Origin: Gammaproteobacteria bacterium | GTDB lineage: Bacteria; Pseudomonadota; Gammaproteobacteria; Ga0077536 | DNA length: 64,000 nt | Reading direction: 5' to 3' | Assembly: GCA_963662545.2 (NCBI GenBank) | Contig: CAXXLL010000002.1 | Coordinates: 480,001-544,000 of the forward strand | In this document: positions 18,501-27,831 of the stretch, one piece after another | How positions within the stretch are numbered: the stretch's first letter is position 1 | Layout of the letters: each line of letters opens with the position of its first letter | Notes under the pieces: generated by a model | The model's database searches: none | What the model was told of the DNA's origin: nothing | What the model saw: only the letters and a program-made list of their open reading frames with translations | Made by a program: the position numbers and the translations under genes

Positions 18501-20084
18501 ATGAATGGGGGTTATGCAACGCCGGAAATATCACTTGATGCGGCGGTGTTACAAGCGGAAAACACAGCCCTCAAAACGCAGGTCGCCACACTCACCCAAC
18601 AACTCGACTGGTTCAAACGCCAACTGTTCGGTCGCAAGTCTGAACGGCGGCTGATTGATCCCAATCCCGATCAACGGTTACTCAATGGCTTCGAGGATGA
18701 GTCGTCATCGACGGCGGCGGTTGAGAAAGAAACGATCACTTATCAGCGGCGCAAAGGAAAGCGCCGTGGCGATGATTGTGTGACTGATCAAGGGTTACGT
18801 TTCGATGACTCGGTGCCGATTGAATGCATCCAATTGTCGGTACCTGAAGATGTCGCGGATGCGTTTGAAGCGAGCAGTGAAAAGATCACCTATCGTTTAG
18901 CGCAACGGCCGGCGGCCTATGTGGTCTTGAAGTACATCCAACCGGTAGTGAAGCGCAAAAGCGACGGTCAGATCTTCACGATCCCGGCGCCCGATGGTCT
19001 GTGGTCCGGCTCATTGGCGGATGTGAGTGTGGTTGCGGGGATGCTGGTTGATAAGTTCGCTTATCACCTGCCGCTGTACCGTCAACATCAACGAATGGGG
19101 CTGAACGGCATTACCGTGGCGCGGTCGAGTCTGACGCACTGGGTGCAGAAGGCAAGTGACCTGTTGAAGCCGATTTATCTGGCGCAGTTGCGGCATATCT
19201 TGTTATCGAAGACGCTGGCGATGGATGAAACGCCGATTAAGGCGGGTCGCTCGGGCAAGGGCAAGATGAACGCGGCGTGGTATTGGCCAATTTATGGCGA
19301 AGCGGATGAGATTGCGTTCACGTTTGCGCGAACCAAGGCGCGGTCGCACATCGACAAAACGTTGGTGGACTTTAAAGGCACCTTACTAACCGATGGCGCC
19401 GCGGCTTATGCGCGTTTTGCCGCCGATCGCGGCGATGAAGTCGTGCATGCGCAATGCTGGGCGCACACGCGTCGTCAGTTCGAAAGGGCATTATCCGATA
19501 GGCCACAAAGTGCGGCGCAGGCACTTGATTTGATCGCGGCACTGTATGCCGTTGAGGCCACCATCCGTGACCAGGCAATGGATGAAGCGGCGACCCAGAC
19601 CTACCGCAGCCGGTACGCCTTGCCTGCGGTTGATGCATTTTTTGCCTGGCTTGACGAGCAACGCCAGTGCATGGGTTTATTACCGAGTCAGCCGTTTACG
19701 AAGGCGCTGGCCTATGCAGCCGAGCGTGAGGGCGCGTTACGTGTTTACTTATCGGATGCGAGCGTCGCGATCGACACGAATCATTTAGAGCGCGCTCTGA
19801 GACCCATTCCGATGGGCCGAAAGAATTGGATGTTCTGTTGGACTGAGGTGGGCGCTGAACACGTTGGGATCATACAAAGTTTGATCTGTACTTGCCGAAT
19901 ACACGGCATTAATCCGTACACCTACCTGGTTGATGTACTCCAGAGGATCGCGATCCATCCGGATAGCGCAGTGGAACAACTCACGCCTCGGGTGTGGAAG
20001 ACATTGTTCGCTACCCAACCGCTGCGTTCTAACTTGGCCGTCGTTACCGCAACACGAGATCAATTACCAGACGCCGCCGTTTGA
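18501..20084 (+). CDS. tnpC: IS66 transposase TnpC
   Basis: LFGRKSER, HLPLYRQ, DETP, CWAHTRR, DTNHLERALR, GRKNW. Confidence 0.95.
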   Translation: MNGGYATPEISLDAAVLQAENTALKTQVATLTQQLDWFKRQLFGRKSERRLIDPNPDQRLLNGFEDESSSTAAVEKETITYQRRKGKRRGDDCVTDQGLRFDDSVPIECIQLSVPEDVADAFEASSEKITYRLAQRPAAYVVLKYIQPVVKRKSDGQIFTIPAPDGLWSGSLADVSVVAGMLVDKFAYHLPLYRQHQRMGLNGITVARSSLTHWVQKASDLLKPIYLAQLRHILLSKTLAMDETPIKAGRSGKGKMNAAWYWPIYGEADEIAFTFARTKARSHIDKTLVDFKGTLLTDGAAAYARFAADRGDEVVHAQCWAHTRRQFERALSDRPQSAAQALDLIAALYAVEATIRDQAMDEAATQTYRSRYALPAVDAFFAWLDEQRQCMGLLPSQPFTKALAYAAEREGALRVYLSDASVAIDTNHLERALRPIPMGRKNWMFCWTEVGAEHVGIIQSLICTCRIHGINPYTYLVDVLQRIAIHPDSAVEQLTPRVWKTLFATQPLRSNLAVVTATRDQLPDAAV

Positions 20085-20642
20085 CCGGTTACAGCGCAAT
20101 CCCTGTCTTGGTGTCAGGCGCAACCCAGAGAAGCGTAGAGAGCGGTTCCTACTGGATGGCGAGATAGCCCTTGTAAGGACGGCGGCAGGGCCTCAGGTCC
20201 AGTGCATCATGGACTTGGTACTCCTCACGGCCCTGAGGAAGGCGGATGTCCTCAAAATCAAGCTCAGAGACTGGACGCCCGAAGGTCTCCGCGTAGAGGT
20301 CCAGAAGACGGGTAGGGTGCTCATATTCGAGAAGACCCCGGCCCTCGAAGGGGTCTGGAATCGGGCTCGCAAATTGAGGCGCCGTGTAGGGAGTCTCTCG
20401 CTCTTTTGCACCCGAACTGGGCAGGCATATACAACTAGCGGATTTGACTCCATCTGGCGACGAACCTTGCAGAGAGCAGGGGTCAAAGACTTCCGATTTC
20501 ATGACTTGAGAGCCCGCGCTTTGACGGACGCTCAGAAGCAATTCGGGCTAGAATATGCCCAGCTTCTCGCGGCCCACGTAAACATCACGACGACCGAGCG
20601 GTACATCAGAGACCGCCGTTCCAAAATCGTGCGTCCGCTCAA

Positions 20643-20703
20643 ATGAGAAGGATATGAGAAAATGAGAAATGGCCTTTGCCAATATCCTCGCATCTCATTG
20701 ATT
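20643..20703 (+). promoter_or_regulatory. att arm: integrase arm-type repeats and IHF-like site
   Basis: ATGAGAA at 20643, 20654 and 20662; minus-strand AATCAATGAGATG near the IHF consensus WATCAAN4TTR. Confidence 0.55.
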
Positions 20704-20712
20704 GCAAAGACT

Positions 20713-20788
<76 letters not shown>

Positions 20789-20864
20789 AATTCAACCTTT
20801 TCGAGATCCGGCGAACGCCCGGCGGCGCCAACGGGAACCGCGATTTACAGAAAGGAGCGATGAG

Positions 20865-22106
20865 GTGATTCGCACGTCGAATTTCACTAAAGCCATCCGG
20901 ATCGTAGTACTGGCGGCGACGTTGGCTCCGACCCTTCCGGTTCTCGCCGCCAATGACGCGCTGATGGAACTGGTCAAGATCCTTCGCAACAAGCGCAGTC
21001 TCACGCAGGACGAGTATGAATTGCTCGTCAGGGCGGCAAAAGCCGATGAAGAAAAAATCGAAGGGGTGAAGCACGAAGTTGCTGAAGAGATCGAGGAGAA
21101 CGCCGCCGCTCTCGAGGACAAGACCAAGGAACCGTCGTGGCCTGAAAAGATCGAGTTCAAGGGCGATCTGCGTACGCGCTATCAGTACGAGGATGAGGAC
21201 GGCCGCGATGAACGCGGGCGCGGTCGTCTACGTTATCGTCTCGGGGTCATTGCGAAACCGTCCATGAAGTTGGAGGTCGGCGCCGGGCTTGCAAGCGGTT
21301 CCGGCGATCAGCGCTCGACCAACCAGTCTTTCGACGCGACCTTTTCGACCAAGGCGGTCAACCTCGATTACGCGTACATGCAATACGCTTTTGAAAACGG
21401 CTTGACGGCGATCGCCGGTAAGTTCAAGCGCGCGAACTTCCTGTGGGCACCGACCGATGTGATGTGGGATAGCGACATCAATCCGGAGGGATTGTCTGCC
21501 AACTACAGGGGTATGAACACCTGGGGCGGGTATTTCGCCAACGCCGGTGTCTGGGTGCTCGAAGAGAACGCCGGTTCCAGCGACGACCCGTTCATGGGCT
21601 ACGGCCAGATTGGACAGTCGTGGACGTCCGGTGAATGGTTTGGAACGCTGTCAGGGGCCGTGTACGGTTTCGGCGATGTGACGTTTGTTTCTGATTTTAC
21701 GAGCTCTGCGGGAACGAATACCGATTCGAAGCTGAGTTCTTTCAACATCGCCGGGGAACTCGGCATCAGGTTCGGCGGCGGGAAGGCGCGGCTGGTCGGT
21801 GAGTACATCAATAATTTTGAAACCAATACGTCCGCGGATACAGCCTGGGCATTGGGTGCGAAGTACGCCTGGAACAAGTGGCGCATGAAGTACATTTATG
21901 CAGACCTTGAAGCCAATTCCGTACCGGATTTCCTGCCGGATTCGGATCGCTTCAATGGCCTCACCGGCATCCGCGGCCACGAGTTCGAGATCAACTTCGC
22001 GCTAGTGAAGCACGTCAGCATCGGCCTCAACTTCTATCACGTCGAGGCCATCGCGACTGATATCGGACAGGATCTGCTTCAAGTCGATATGAATGTAGAG
22101 TTCTGA
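20865..22106 (+). CDS. Putative porin (Porin_5-like beta-barrel)
   Basis: Signal peptide, coiled coil, FKGDLRTRY, WDSDINPEG, terminal Phe. Confidence 0.82.
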   Translation: MIRTSNFTKAIRIVVLAATLAPTLPVLAANDALMELVKILRNKRSLTQDEYELLVRAAKADEEKIEGVKHEVAEEIEENAAALEDKTKEPSWPEKIEFKGDLRTRYQYEDEDGRDERGRGRLRYRLGVIAKPSMKLEVGAGLASGSGDQRSTNQSFDATFSTKAVNLDYAYMQYAFENGLTAIAGKFKRANFLWAPTDVMWDSDINPEGLSANYRGMNTWGGYFANAGVWVLEENAGSSDDPFMGYGQIGQSWTSGEWFGTLSGAVYGFGDVTFVSDFTSSAGTNTDSKLSSFNIAGELGIRFGGGKARLVGEYINNFETNTSADTAWALGAKYAWNKWRMKYIYADLEANSVPDFLPDSDRFNGLTGIRGHEFEINFALVKHVSIGLNFYHVEAIATDIGQDLLQVDMNVEF

Positions 22107-22346
22107 TCCCCCAAGGCGCCCCGAGGGCGCGTATCCACGCCAGAATCAATGTGCCCTGCGTTCAGGTACCGCTCGCTCCTGCAGATAGTTCGGAGCATGT
22201 TGGATAGCGTGGGATTTCAACAGCCCGTTGATGAGCAGCGGACGGGCCGGGGGTTGTCGATTTGTACGTTTTATCAGTTCGAAATTTTGTCGGAACGACG
22301 GCAAAAACCCGAAGGTATGATCGACGCTGCGCGCTGACGATCTGGC

Positions 22347-23840
22347 TCAACGCATGGCGCGGTGCTCGCCGATTTTGCGCAAATCAAATATCAACTGCCG
22401 CGAAGCCGCGCGTTCTTCCTCGGTCATCGACGCCGCCGCGGCCTGCCTCGCATGCCGGACCGCACGGCGTACCGCACCCTCGTCGACCGCGCGTCGCGCT
22501 ATCGACAGGAAGTAAGTATGGAGAATACCCATGCCATTGCGGGCTTGTTCGTTATCGGCATCGATCTCGAGTACACGGCGCAGTCGGGCTAGCGCGTTGT
22601 CGTCGCCGGGGCCGATGAATCGCGCCTCACCCAAGTCCCGCCACGCATCCTGCAATAAGCGGTCCACGTCATCACCCTGATCGACCGGCGATTCGGGGGT
22701 GAATGCATCAGCCTGAAACGAGATCGCGGACCGCATGGCATCCGCGTCTATCACCGGCGGTTGATAAGTGGTGACCCAGGCGGCGAGACCCGCTACCGCT
22801 GCAATCGGTACCGCTGCTTTCAGTAATCGCGTGCCGCGCCACCGATTCCGGGTGTCCGCTGGCGGTCGTGTATCGGGGATCTCTTGCGTCGCCACAGGGC
22901 GTGCGGATGCCGCAGGGATCACCGTCGATCCGATCACGAGAAGTTCGCCTTCGAGTTCGCGCTTCCATCCGGCCAGGTCCTGCGGCCGTTTTTCTTCGCG
23001 AAATGACAGGGCGCGATCGATGGCGCATAGAAACTCGACGCTGTAACGCTCCGCTGCGGCGCGTGTCGCGGGCACATAGGGATCATCGGCTCCGCTCAAC
23101 AGGGCCTCGCTGCGCGCGATTGCATCGCACGGAACCGTTCCAACGGTTGCGCGGTACAGGGTTGCCCCGAGCCCGTAGATGTCCGTCCATGGTCCCTGTT
23201 TGTCGCTGCGCGCATAGTATTGCTCGAACGGCGCATAGCCCGGCGAAACCAGGGTCGTCAGTGTGCGCGCCGTGACACCTTCGGTCCGCCGCGCGGAGCC
23301 GAAATCGAGCAATACGGGAGAGTGGTCTTTCCGAATGTAGATGTTGCCGGGCTTGATGTCGCGATGGGTGAACCCAGCGGCGTGTACCACGCCGAGGCCA
23401 TCCAGGATCGGCAAGACCATCTTCTTGAGCCAGTTCTCGTCAAGCGTTGCGCCGCGGTCGAGTATTTCGCTGAGGCTCGATCCGTCCTCGTAACGCATGA
23501 CCATGTATGCGGTCCGGTTCATTTCGAAAACTGAAAACACGCTGACGATATTCGGGTGTTCGAATCGTGACAGCGTCTGCGCTTCGGTGATGAATCGATT
23601 CAAACCCCAACGGAAGTCCTTGCGGTGACTTTTCGTAAAGGGCACCACGTCGTCATCGGTATTTCGCCAGCATAGATCGGTCGGCAGGTATTCCTTGATG
23701 GCGACCGGTTGGCTCAAGTTCGCGTCATGGGCGAGGTAGGTGATGCCGAATCCACCCTGGCCAAGAACGCCGTGGATCGTATACCGCTGAATGATGGAGC
23801 CTGAAGGGAGCGCCTGGAAAAAGCCGCGGGACATGGTCAA
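22347..23840 (-). CDS. Membrane Ser/Thr protein kinase (Hanks type) with periplasmic TPR-like tail
   Basis: LGQGGFG, AIKE, HRDIKPGN, DFG, GYAPFEQ, TDIYG; TM segment. Confidence 0.93.
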   Translation of the reverse strand: MTMSRGFFQALPSGSIIQRYTIHGVLGQGGFGITYLAHDANLSQPVAIKEYLPTDLCWRNTDDDVVPFTKSHRKDFRWGLNRFITEAQTLSRFEHPNIVSVFSVFEMNRTAYMVMRYEDGSSLSEILDRGATLDENWLKKMVLPILDGLGVVHAAGFTHRDIKPGNIYIRKDHSPVLLDFGSARRTEGVTARTLTTLVSPGYAPFEQYYARSDKQGPWTDIYGLGATLYRATVGTVPCDAIARSEALLSGADDPYVPATRAAAERYSVEFLCAIDRALSFREEKRPQDLAGWKRELEGELLVIGSTVIPAASARPVATQEIPDTRPPADTRNRWRGTRLLKAAVPIAAVAGLAAWVTTYQPPVIDADAMRSAISFQADAFTPESPVDQGDDVDRLLQDAWRDLGEARFIGPGDDNALARLRRVLEIDADNEQARNGMGILHTYFLSIARRAVDEGAVRRAVRHARQAAAASMTEEERAASRQLIFDLRKIGEHRAMR

Positions 23841-23867
23841 TGAGTGCGGAGAACCTGCGCGGCCGCG

Positions 23868-24518
23868 TCAGCCTTTAACTTGCTTGGAGGTCTTGGCGGC
23901 CAGGGCGTAAAACGCGTTCGCCTGCCCGGAAATGAGCCCGGTCAGTGAGTCGATGAACGGGCGGTCCATGCGCTCGCCGGCAAGTTCGTATTTCGTGGTT
24001 CCGAGCATCAAGATGTTGCGCAGGGTAAGCGTGACGATCCCGAGCGCGAGGTCCGCCGAGACCGTAAGTGCGGCGGGTACGGTCGGCTCGATCGATAGCT
24101 TGTTGACCGTGGCGCCCGTCGCGCTCTTAAATGCCAGGCCGTGATCGAAAAGTGTCTTTCGAAGCTTGCGATAAATCGCTTCCGATCTGCAAACATGGCT
24201 CACCGACTCCCGTCCCCGGTACTCGAACGACACGATGAATGTCTGCGAGGCCACGCTGTTGTCGTCGACCAGGGACAAATTCTGTATCTCCGAAGTTTTC
24301 AGCATGCCAATCTCGCCGAGATTGAAATCGTTTTTGAATTTCAGCGGTGCGCTCTGGTGATCAATGACGAAAGCGGCCAGCGTGCGTCGCGCCAGTACCA
24401 TACGCGGTTCGCGTTCGGCGCTCTTGGCCGAACCGCGGGAAATAACGCGCGTTTCCGCGCGTGATACGGGCTCAGTCGTCGGTTCCCATCGTTCAGGAAC
24501 GGTCTTTTTGTCAGACAT
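23868..24518 (-). CDS. Hypothetical protein co-oriented with the kinase
   Basis: GAGG RBS, ATG 24518, 216 aa. Confidence 0.65.
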   Translation of the reverse strand: MSDKKTVPERWEPTTEPVSRAETRVISRGSAKSAEREPRMVLARRTLAAFVIDHQSAPLKFKNDFNLGEIGMLKTSEIQNLSLVDDNSVASQTFIVSFEYRGRESVSHVCRSEAIYRKLRKTLFDHGLAFKSATGATVNKLSIEPTVPAALTVSADLALGIVTLTLRNILMLGTTKYELAGERMDRPFIDSLTGLISGQANAFYALAAKTSKQVKG

Positions 24519-24615
24519 CGCGTGGCACCTCGAAGTGCCGGCTGAGCCTCGAACCCGATCTATCGGCCGGCGTTGAACAAATTTGAACCCAATGAGACAT
24601 AGCACTATTGATTAG

Positions 24616-24778
24616 GCAACCTCTGAATAAGTCATGGTCCGTCTGCCTGGCCCATGAAATCGCGTAGCCTTACGTTAAGAACCTTAGCCCTAGGCCCCTG
24701 CTATGGCCTGCGATTCGTGCCTTGACCTGCACCATTGCATGAACCATTCAGACCCACCATGACTTATTCAGAGGTTCC
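24616..24778. mobile_element. MITE copy 1 (IS5-like ends)
   Basis: TIR G(G/C)AACCTCTGAATAAGTCATGG; TSD TTAG on both sides. Confidence 0.85.
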
Positions 24779-24884
24779 TTAGATACTCGGATCAGCGGGC
24801 GGCGTCCCGGTTTATACCAAAATAAACCGACCGGGGCCGCGCCGGAAATTACAGCTTACTTCCCCTGGCAGGGGCGGCGGCGGT

Positions 24885-26156
24885 ATGGTCGGCTATTCCC
24901 ATTCGAGATACCCGTCCGTGTCGATTGTACAAGCGCTTACCGGACTCGTCGTCTTTCATGTCGGCCTCTGGCTGTTGAGCGAAGACCGAACCCGCGTCAA
25001 ATGGTCCATTGCCGCCGCCGCCCTCGGTCTGCAGATCGTCCTCGCCCTCGTTTTCGTCAGGTGGCCGCCGGCGGCACATGTCTTCGATCTCGTGAGCGGT
25101 CTGATGACGGCCCTGCAAAAGGCGAGCGCAGCCGGGACGCGCTTCGTGTTTGGCTTTCTCGGCGGCGGCCCGGCGCCCTATGCAGTGGTCGAACCGGGCG
25201 CGACCTACGTGCTTGCGCTCCAGGCCCTGCCGCTCATCATTGTGGTGAGCGCGCTGACCCGCGTGCTGACCCATTGGCGAGTCCTGCCGGCACTAGTCCG
25301 CTTGGGCTCGCTGACGCTCGAGCGTCTGCTGGGGATCGGCGGCGCATTGGGCCTTTCCGCAGCCGCCAATCTATTGGTCGGCATGACCGAAGCACCGTTG
25401 GTTGTGCGTCCCTATCTCGGCCGCATGAGCCGGAGTGAATTGTTCGCGCTCATGTCGACCGGCATGGCGACCATCGCCGGCTCCGTATTTGTTCTCTATG
25501 CGACTATCCTGGCGCCCTTGGTGCCGAATGCCCCCGGTCACCTGCTGGCCGCGTCGCTCATGAGCTTACCGGCGGCTATTGCTTACAGCCTGATCCTGAT
25601 CCCCCCCACCGTGCTGACCGGCGCAGACATCGACGCCGGGCGCGAAGACAGCGGCACTTTCGACGCCTTGACTCGAGGGACCTTCCAGGGCTTGCAGCTC
25701 TACCTCAATATCGTCGCCATGTTGCTGGTGCTGGTTGCACTCGTCCACCTGCTCAACATGGGTCTGGGCTTGATCGACTTGACCGGTTCCCCGCTCAGCC
25801 TCGAACGCATGCTCGGATGGATCCTGGCGCCGGTATGCTGGCTCATGGGTATTCCCTGGGGCGAGGCAGCGGCGGCCGGCGCCCTGATGGGGACCAAGGT
25901 CGTGCTGAACGAACTCATCGCCTACGTTAACCTCACCCAGTTACCCGCCGCCACCCTGAGTAAGGATTCGGAGCTCGTTATGACCTACGCGTTGTGCGGG
26001 TTCGCGAATTTCGGCAGTCTCGGCATGCTTGTCGGCGGGCTGAGCCTGCTGGTGCCGGAGCGCCGCGAGGAAATACTGGAACTCGGTTTGCGGTCCATCG
26101 TGGTCGGAACGCTCGCCACGTGTACAACGGGGGCAATCGTCGGCCTGGTCGCCTGA
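24885..26156 (+). CDS. NupC/CNT nucleoside transporter
   Basis: GMTEAPL, GMATIAGSV, GTKVVLNE, YALCGFANFGS. Confidence 0.93.
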   Translation: MVGYSHSRYPSVSIVQALTGLVVFHVGLWLLSEDRTRVKWSIAAAALGLQIVLALVFVRWPPAAHVFDLVSGLMTALQKASAAGTRFVFGFLGGGPAPYAVVEPGATYVLALQALPLIIVVSALTRVLTHWRVLPALVRLGSLTLERLLGIGGALGLSAAANLLVGMTEAPLVVRPYLGRMSRSELFALMSTGMATIAGSVFVLYATILAPLVPNAPGHLLAASLMSLPAAIAYSLILIPPTVLTGADIDAGREDSGTFDALTRGTFQGLQLYLNIVAMLLVLVALVHLLNMGLGLIDLTGSPLSLERMLGWILAPVCWLMGIPWGEAAAAGALMGTKVVLNELIAYVNLTQLPAATLSKDSELVMTYALCGFANFGSLGMLVGGLSLLVPERREEILELGLRSIVVGTLATCTTGAIVGLVA

Positions 26157-26308
26157 GTCGTTGTCCGACGGCGAACGAGATTCTGATTTGATCGCTTGCG
26201 GCCGACAAGATGCGACGCGGATAAACGCGTCGCTATTTTCGTCGTTAAAATGGTCGAACGGCGGATCGATCATTAAGATTCGCGAGTCAGTTCCCGTAGG
26301 ATTAGGCG

Positions 26309-26533
26309 ATGGATGAAACCACACGACTCGGCACGCTCTGGTCGCAAACCTTGATGGACGTCTTGTGCATTGCCGTGCGGCAGCAGAAGGAGGAGAAAGC
26401 ACGAGAGGTGTTGAAAGAAATGCGGGTAAAGCGCTATCGCAAGGACCAAATTAGGAAGTATGCCGCCAAGAACCTGGAACCAGCCGAAGTCGTGTTTCTC
26501 GAACGTCTATTGAAGTCTTTGAGCGGCAAATGA
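26309..26533 (+). CDS. Small basic hypothetical protein
   Basis: 74-aa helical ORF. Confidence 0.55.
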   Translation: MDETTRLGTLWSQTLMDVLCIAVRQQKEEKAREVLKEMRVKRYRKDQIRKYAAKNLEPAEVVFLERLLKSLSGK

Positions 26534-27117
26534 GTTCGCGCCCATTGCGACGGCGGTCGCGAAACGCCGCGGTCGACGGCCAGCCGGGGTCCATTCGCCC
26601 GCGGGATGTTAGCCCGCCTATTTCACGAAGGCGGCCGTAGCGCTCGGAGAAGTTGTTGAGTAAACAGGATTAAGCACGTCATTCGACGAGGTTCGAACCA
26701 GTCGCAATTTGTACGCCCCGCATGCGGCCTACGACGGCACCGGCTGGTCCATGCACGCCTGGACTCAGATCAAGCTCGCGCCATAACTACGACTGTGACG
26801 AGAGCTCCAGACCGGCTTCTTCGTGCGCAATCCCCGCTCCGCTCGAAGTCCAGCCGGGCCATCCATGGCCCGTCGTTCGCGGTTGCGCCGCTCATACAGA
26901 TGCACCTGTCCTCAGCCGCCATCCGCCGTCCGCCGTCCTTCATGCAATAGGCGGGCTAGCCTTCAAAGGCCTCAGGAGTCCGCTAGCGGGCGAATGAAGC
27001 GATCCGAGGGACCGCACTATGCGGTCTATGATCCAGGAAACCCGGTGTATTTCTCGCGGCGGATCGGGGGCGACAAGCGTGGAAGTCAGATTCAACAGCG
27101 TTTAGACTTGAATCGAT

Positions 27118-27801
27118 ATGAGCGGAAAAGCCTACATTATCGGCCGGGCCGGCGATATCACGCTGTACGACGATACCGTGTCGCGCCAACACGCGAGTCT
27201 CGAAATCGACGATGACAGGCTATATCTCAAGGATCTCGATTCGCGCAATGGCACCTACGAAATCCGGGAAAAGAAGCTCGTGCCTTTCACCGCCGGGCTG
27301 GTCACCTCGGACCAGGTTTTCGCTTTTGGCGAATGTGTTCGGAGCGTTGCGCAATTACTGAAAATGATTGAAAGCGCCACCGACGGTTCGCCGACGATGG
27401 GGGACGGCAATGAGGACGATCCGTTGGATGCGACTCAGATCGGGTTCAGTATCGCGCCACGCAAGCGCCTGACATCGGCAAACATCATCGAGATGTTGGA
27501 GCAAGCCGAGGACGATGCGGCGGACGGGAAGTCGTTGCACGAGATCTGTGAAGCGCTTGGAATTACCAAACAACGCTACGAGCGCTGGTGCAAGGAGTAT
27601 GGGGAGACACGCGCGGAACGCGAGGAAACGACGGTAGCGCTACGCCGCGAGAACGAACGCCTGCGTAAAATCGTCGCGGACCTGTCGCTTGAACGGGACG
27701 TGCTAAAGGACGCCTCGCGGCCTTCGACCGAGACGACTGGCGAGGACCCCGACAATCCCGCGTCCCCGAACCTTTCGATCGTCAGCGACTCAAAGCCGTA
27801 A
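27118..27801 (+). CDS. FHA domain fused to IS3-OrfA-like HTH/leucine zipper
   Basis: IIGR..VSRQHA..DLDSRNGT; C-terminal ICEALGIT..YERWCKEYG..ENERLRKIVADLSLERDVLK. Confidence 0.85.
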   Translation: MSGKAYIIGRAGDITLYDDTVSRQHASLEIDDDRLYLKDLDSRNGTYEIREKKLVPFTAGLVTSDQVFAFGECVRSVAQLLKMIESATDGSPTMGDGNEDDPLDATQIGFSIAPRKRLTSANIIEMLEQAEDDAADGKSLHEICEALGITKQRYERWCKEYGETRAEREETTVALRRENERLRKIVADLSLERDVLKDASRPSTETTGEDPDNPASPNLSIVSDSKP

Positions 27802-27831
27802 ACGCCGCTGCGGGTCGCGACAGCACCACGC

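Larger units (their letters stand above)
17738..20092 (+). mobile_element. IS66 family element (2355 bp)
   Basis: TIR GTAACCGGTCAA / TTGACCGGTTAC; 8-bp TSD AGCGCAAG/AGCGCAAT (7/8). Confidence 0.95.
15609..20646 (+). pseudogene. Phage tyrosine integrase interrupted by two IS elements
   Basis: 15609-15939 + 17643-17729 + 20093-20646 gives a 323-aa frame with ANRE, NPC, TALRKAD, FHDLRA, H..TTERY. Confidence 0.92.
3709..20712. mobile_element. Degenerate phage-satellite-like integrative element at tRNA-Thr(CGT); left end uncertain
   Basis: AlpA, primase, DUF3987, DUF5681, DUF4224 and integrase ending 66 bp before the tRNA; visibly lower GC than the flagellar block; no attL found. Confidence 0.8.

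Noticed and set aside
19930-20646. Stand-alone 238-aa integrase from the ORF track
   Set aside because: Its N-terminus is IS66 sequence; it is the C-terminal fragment of the split integrase
26560-27100. Short ORFs upstream of the FHA gene
   Set aside because: Arg/Pro-rich with no motifs or RBS; no IS3 remnant recognised
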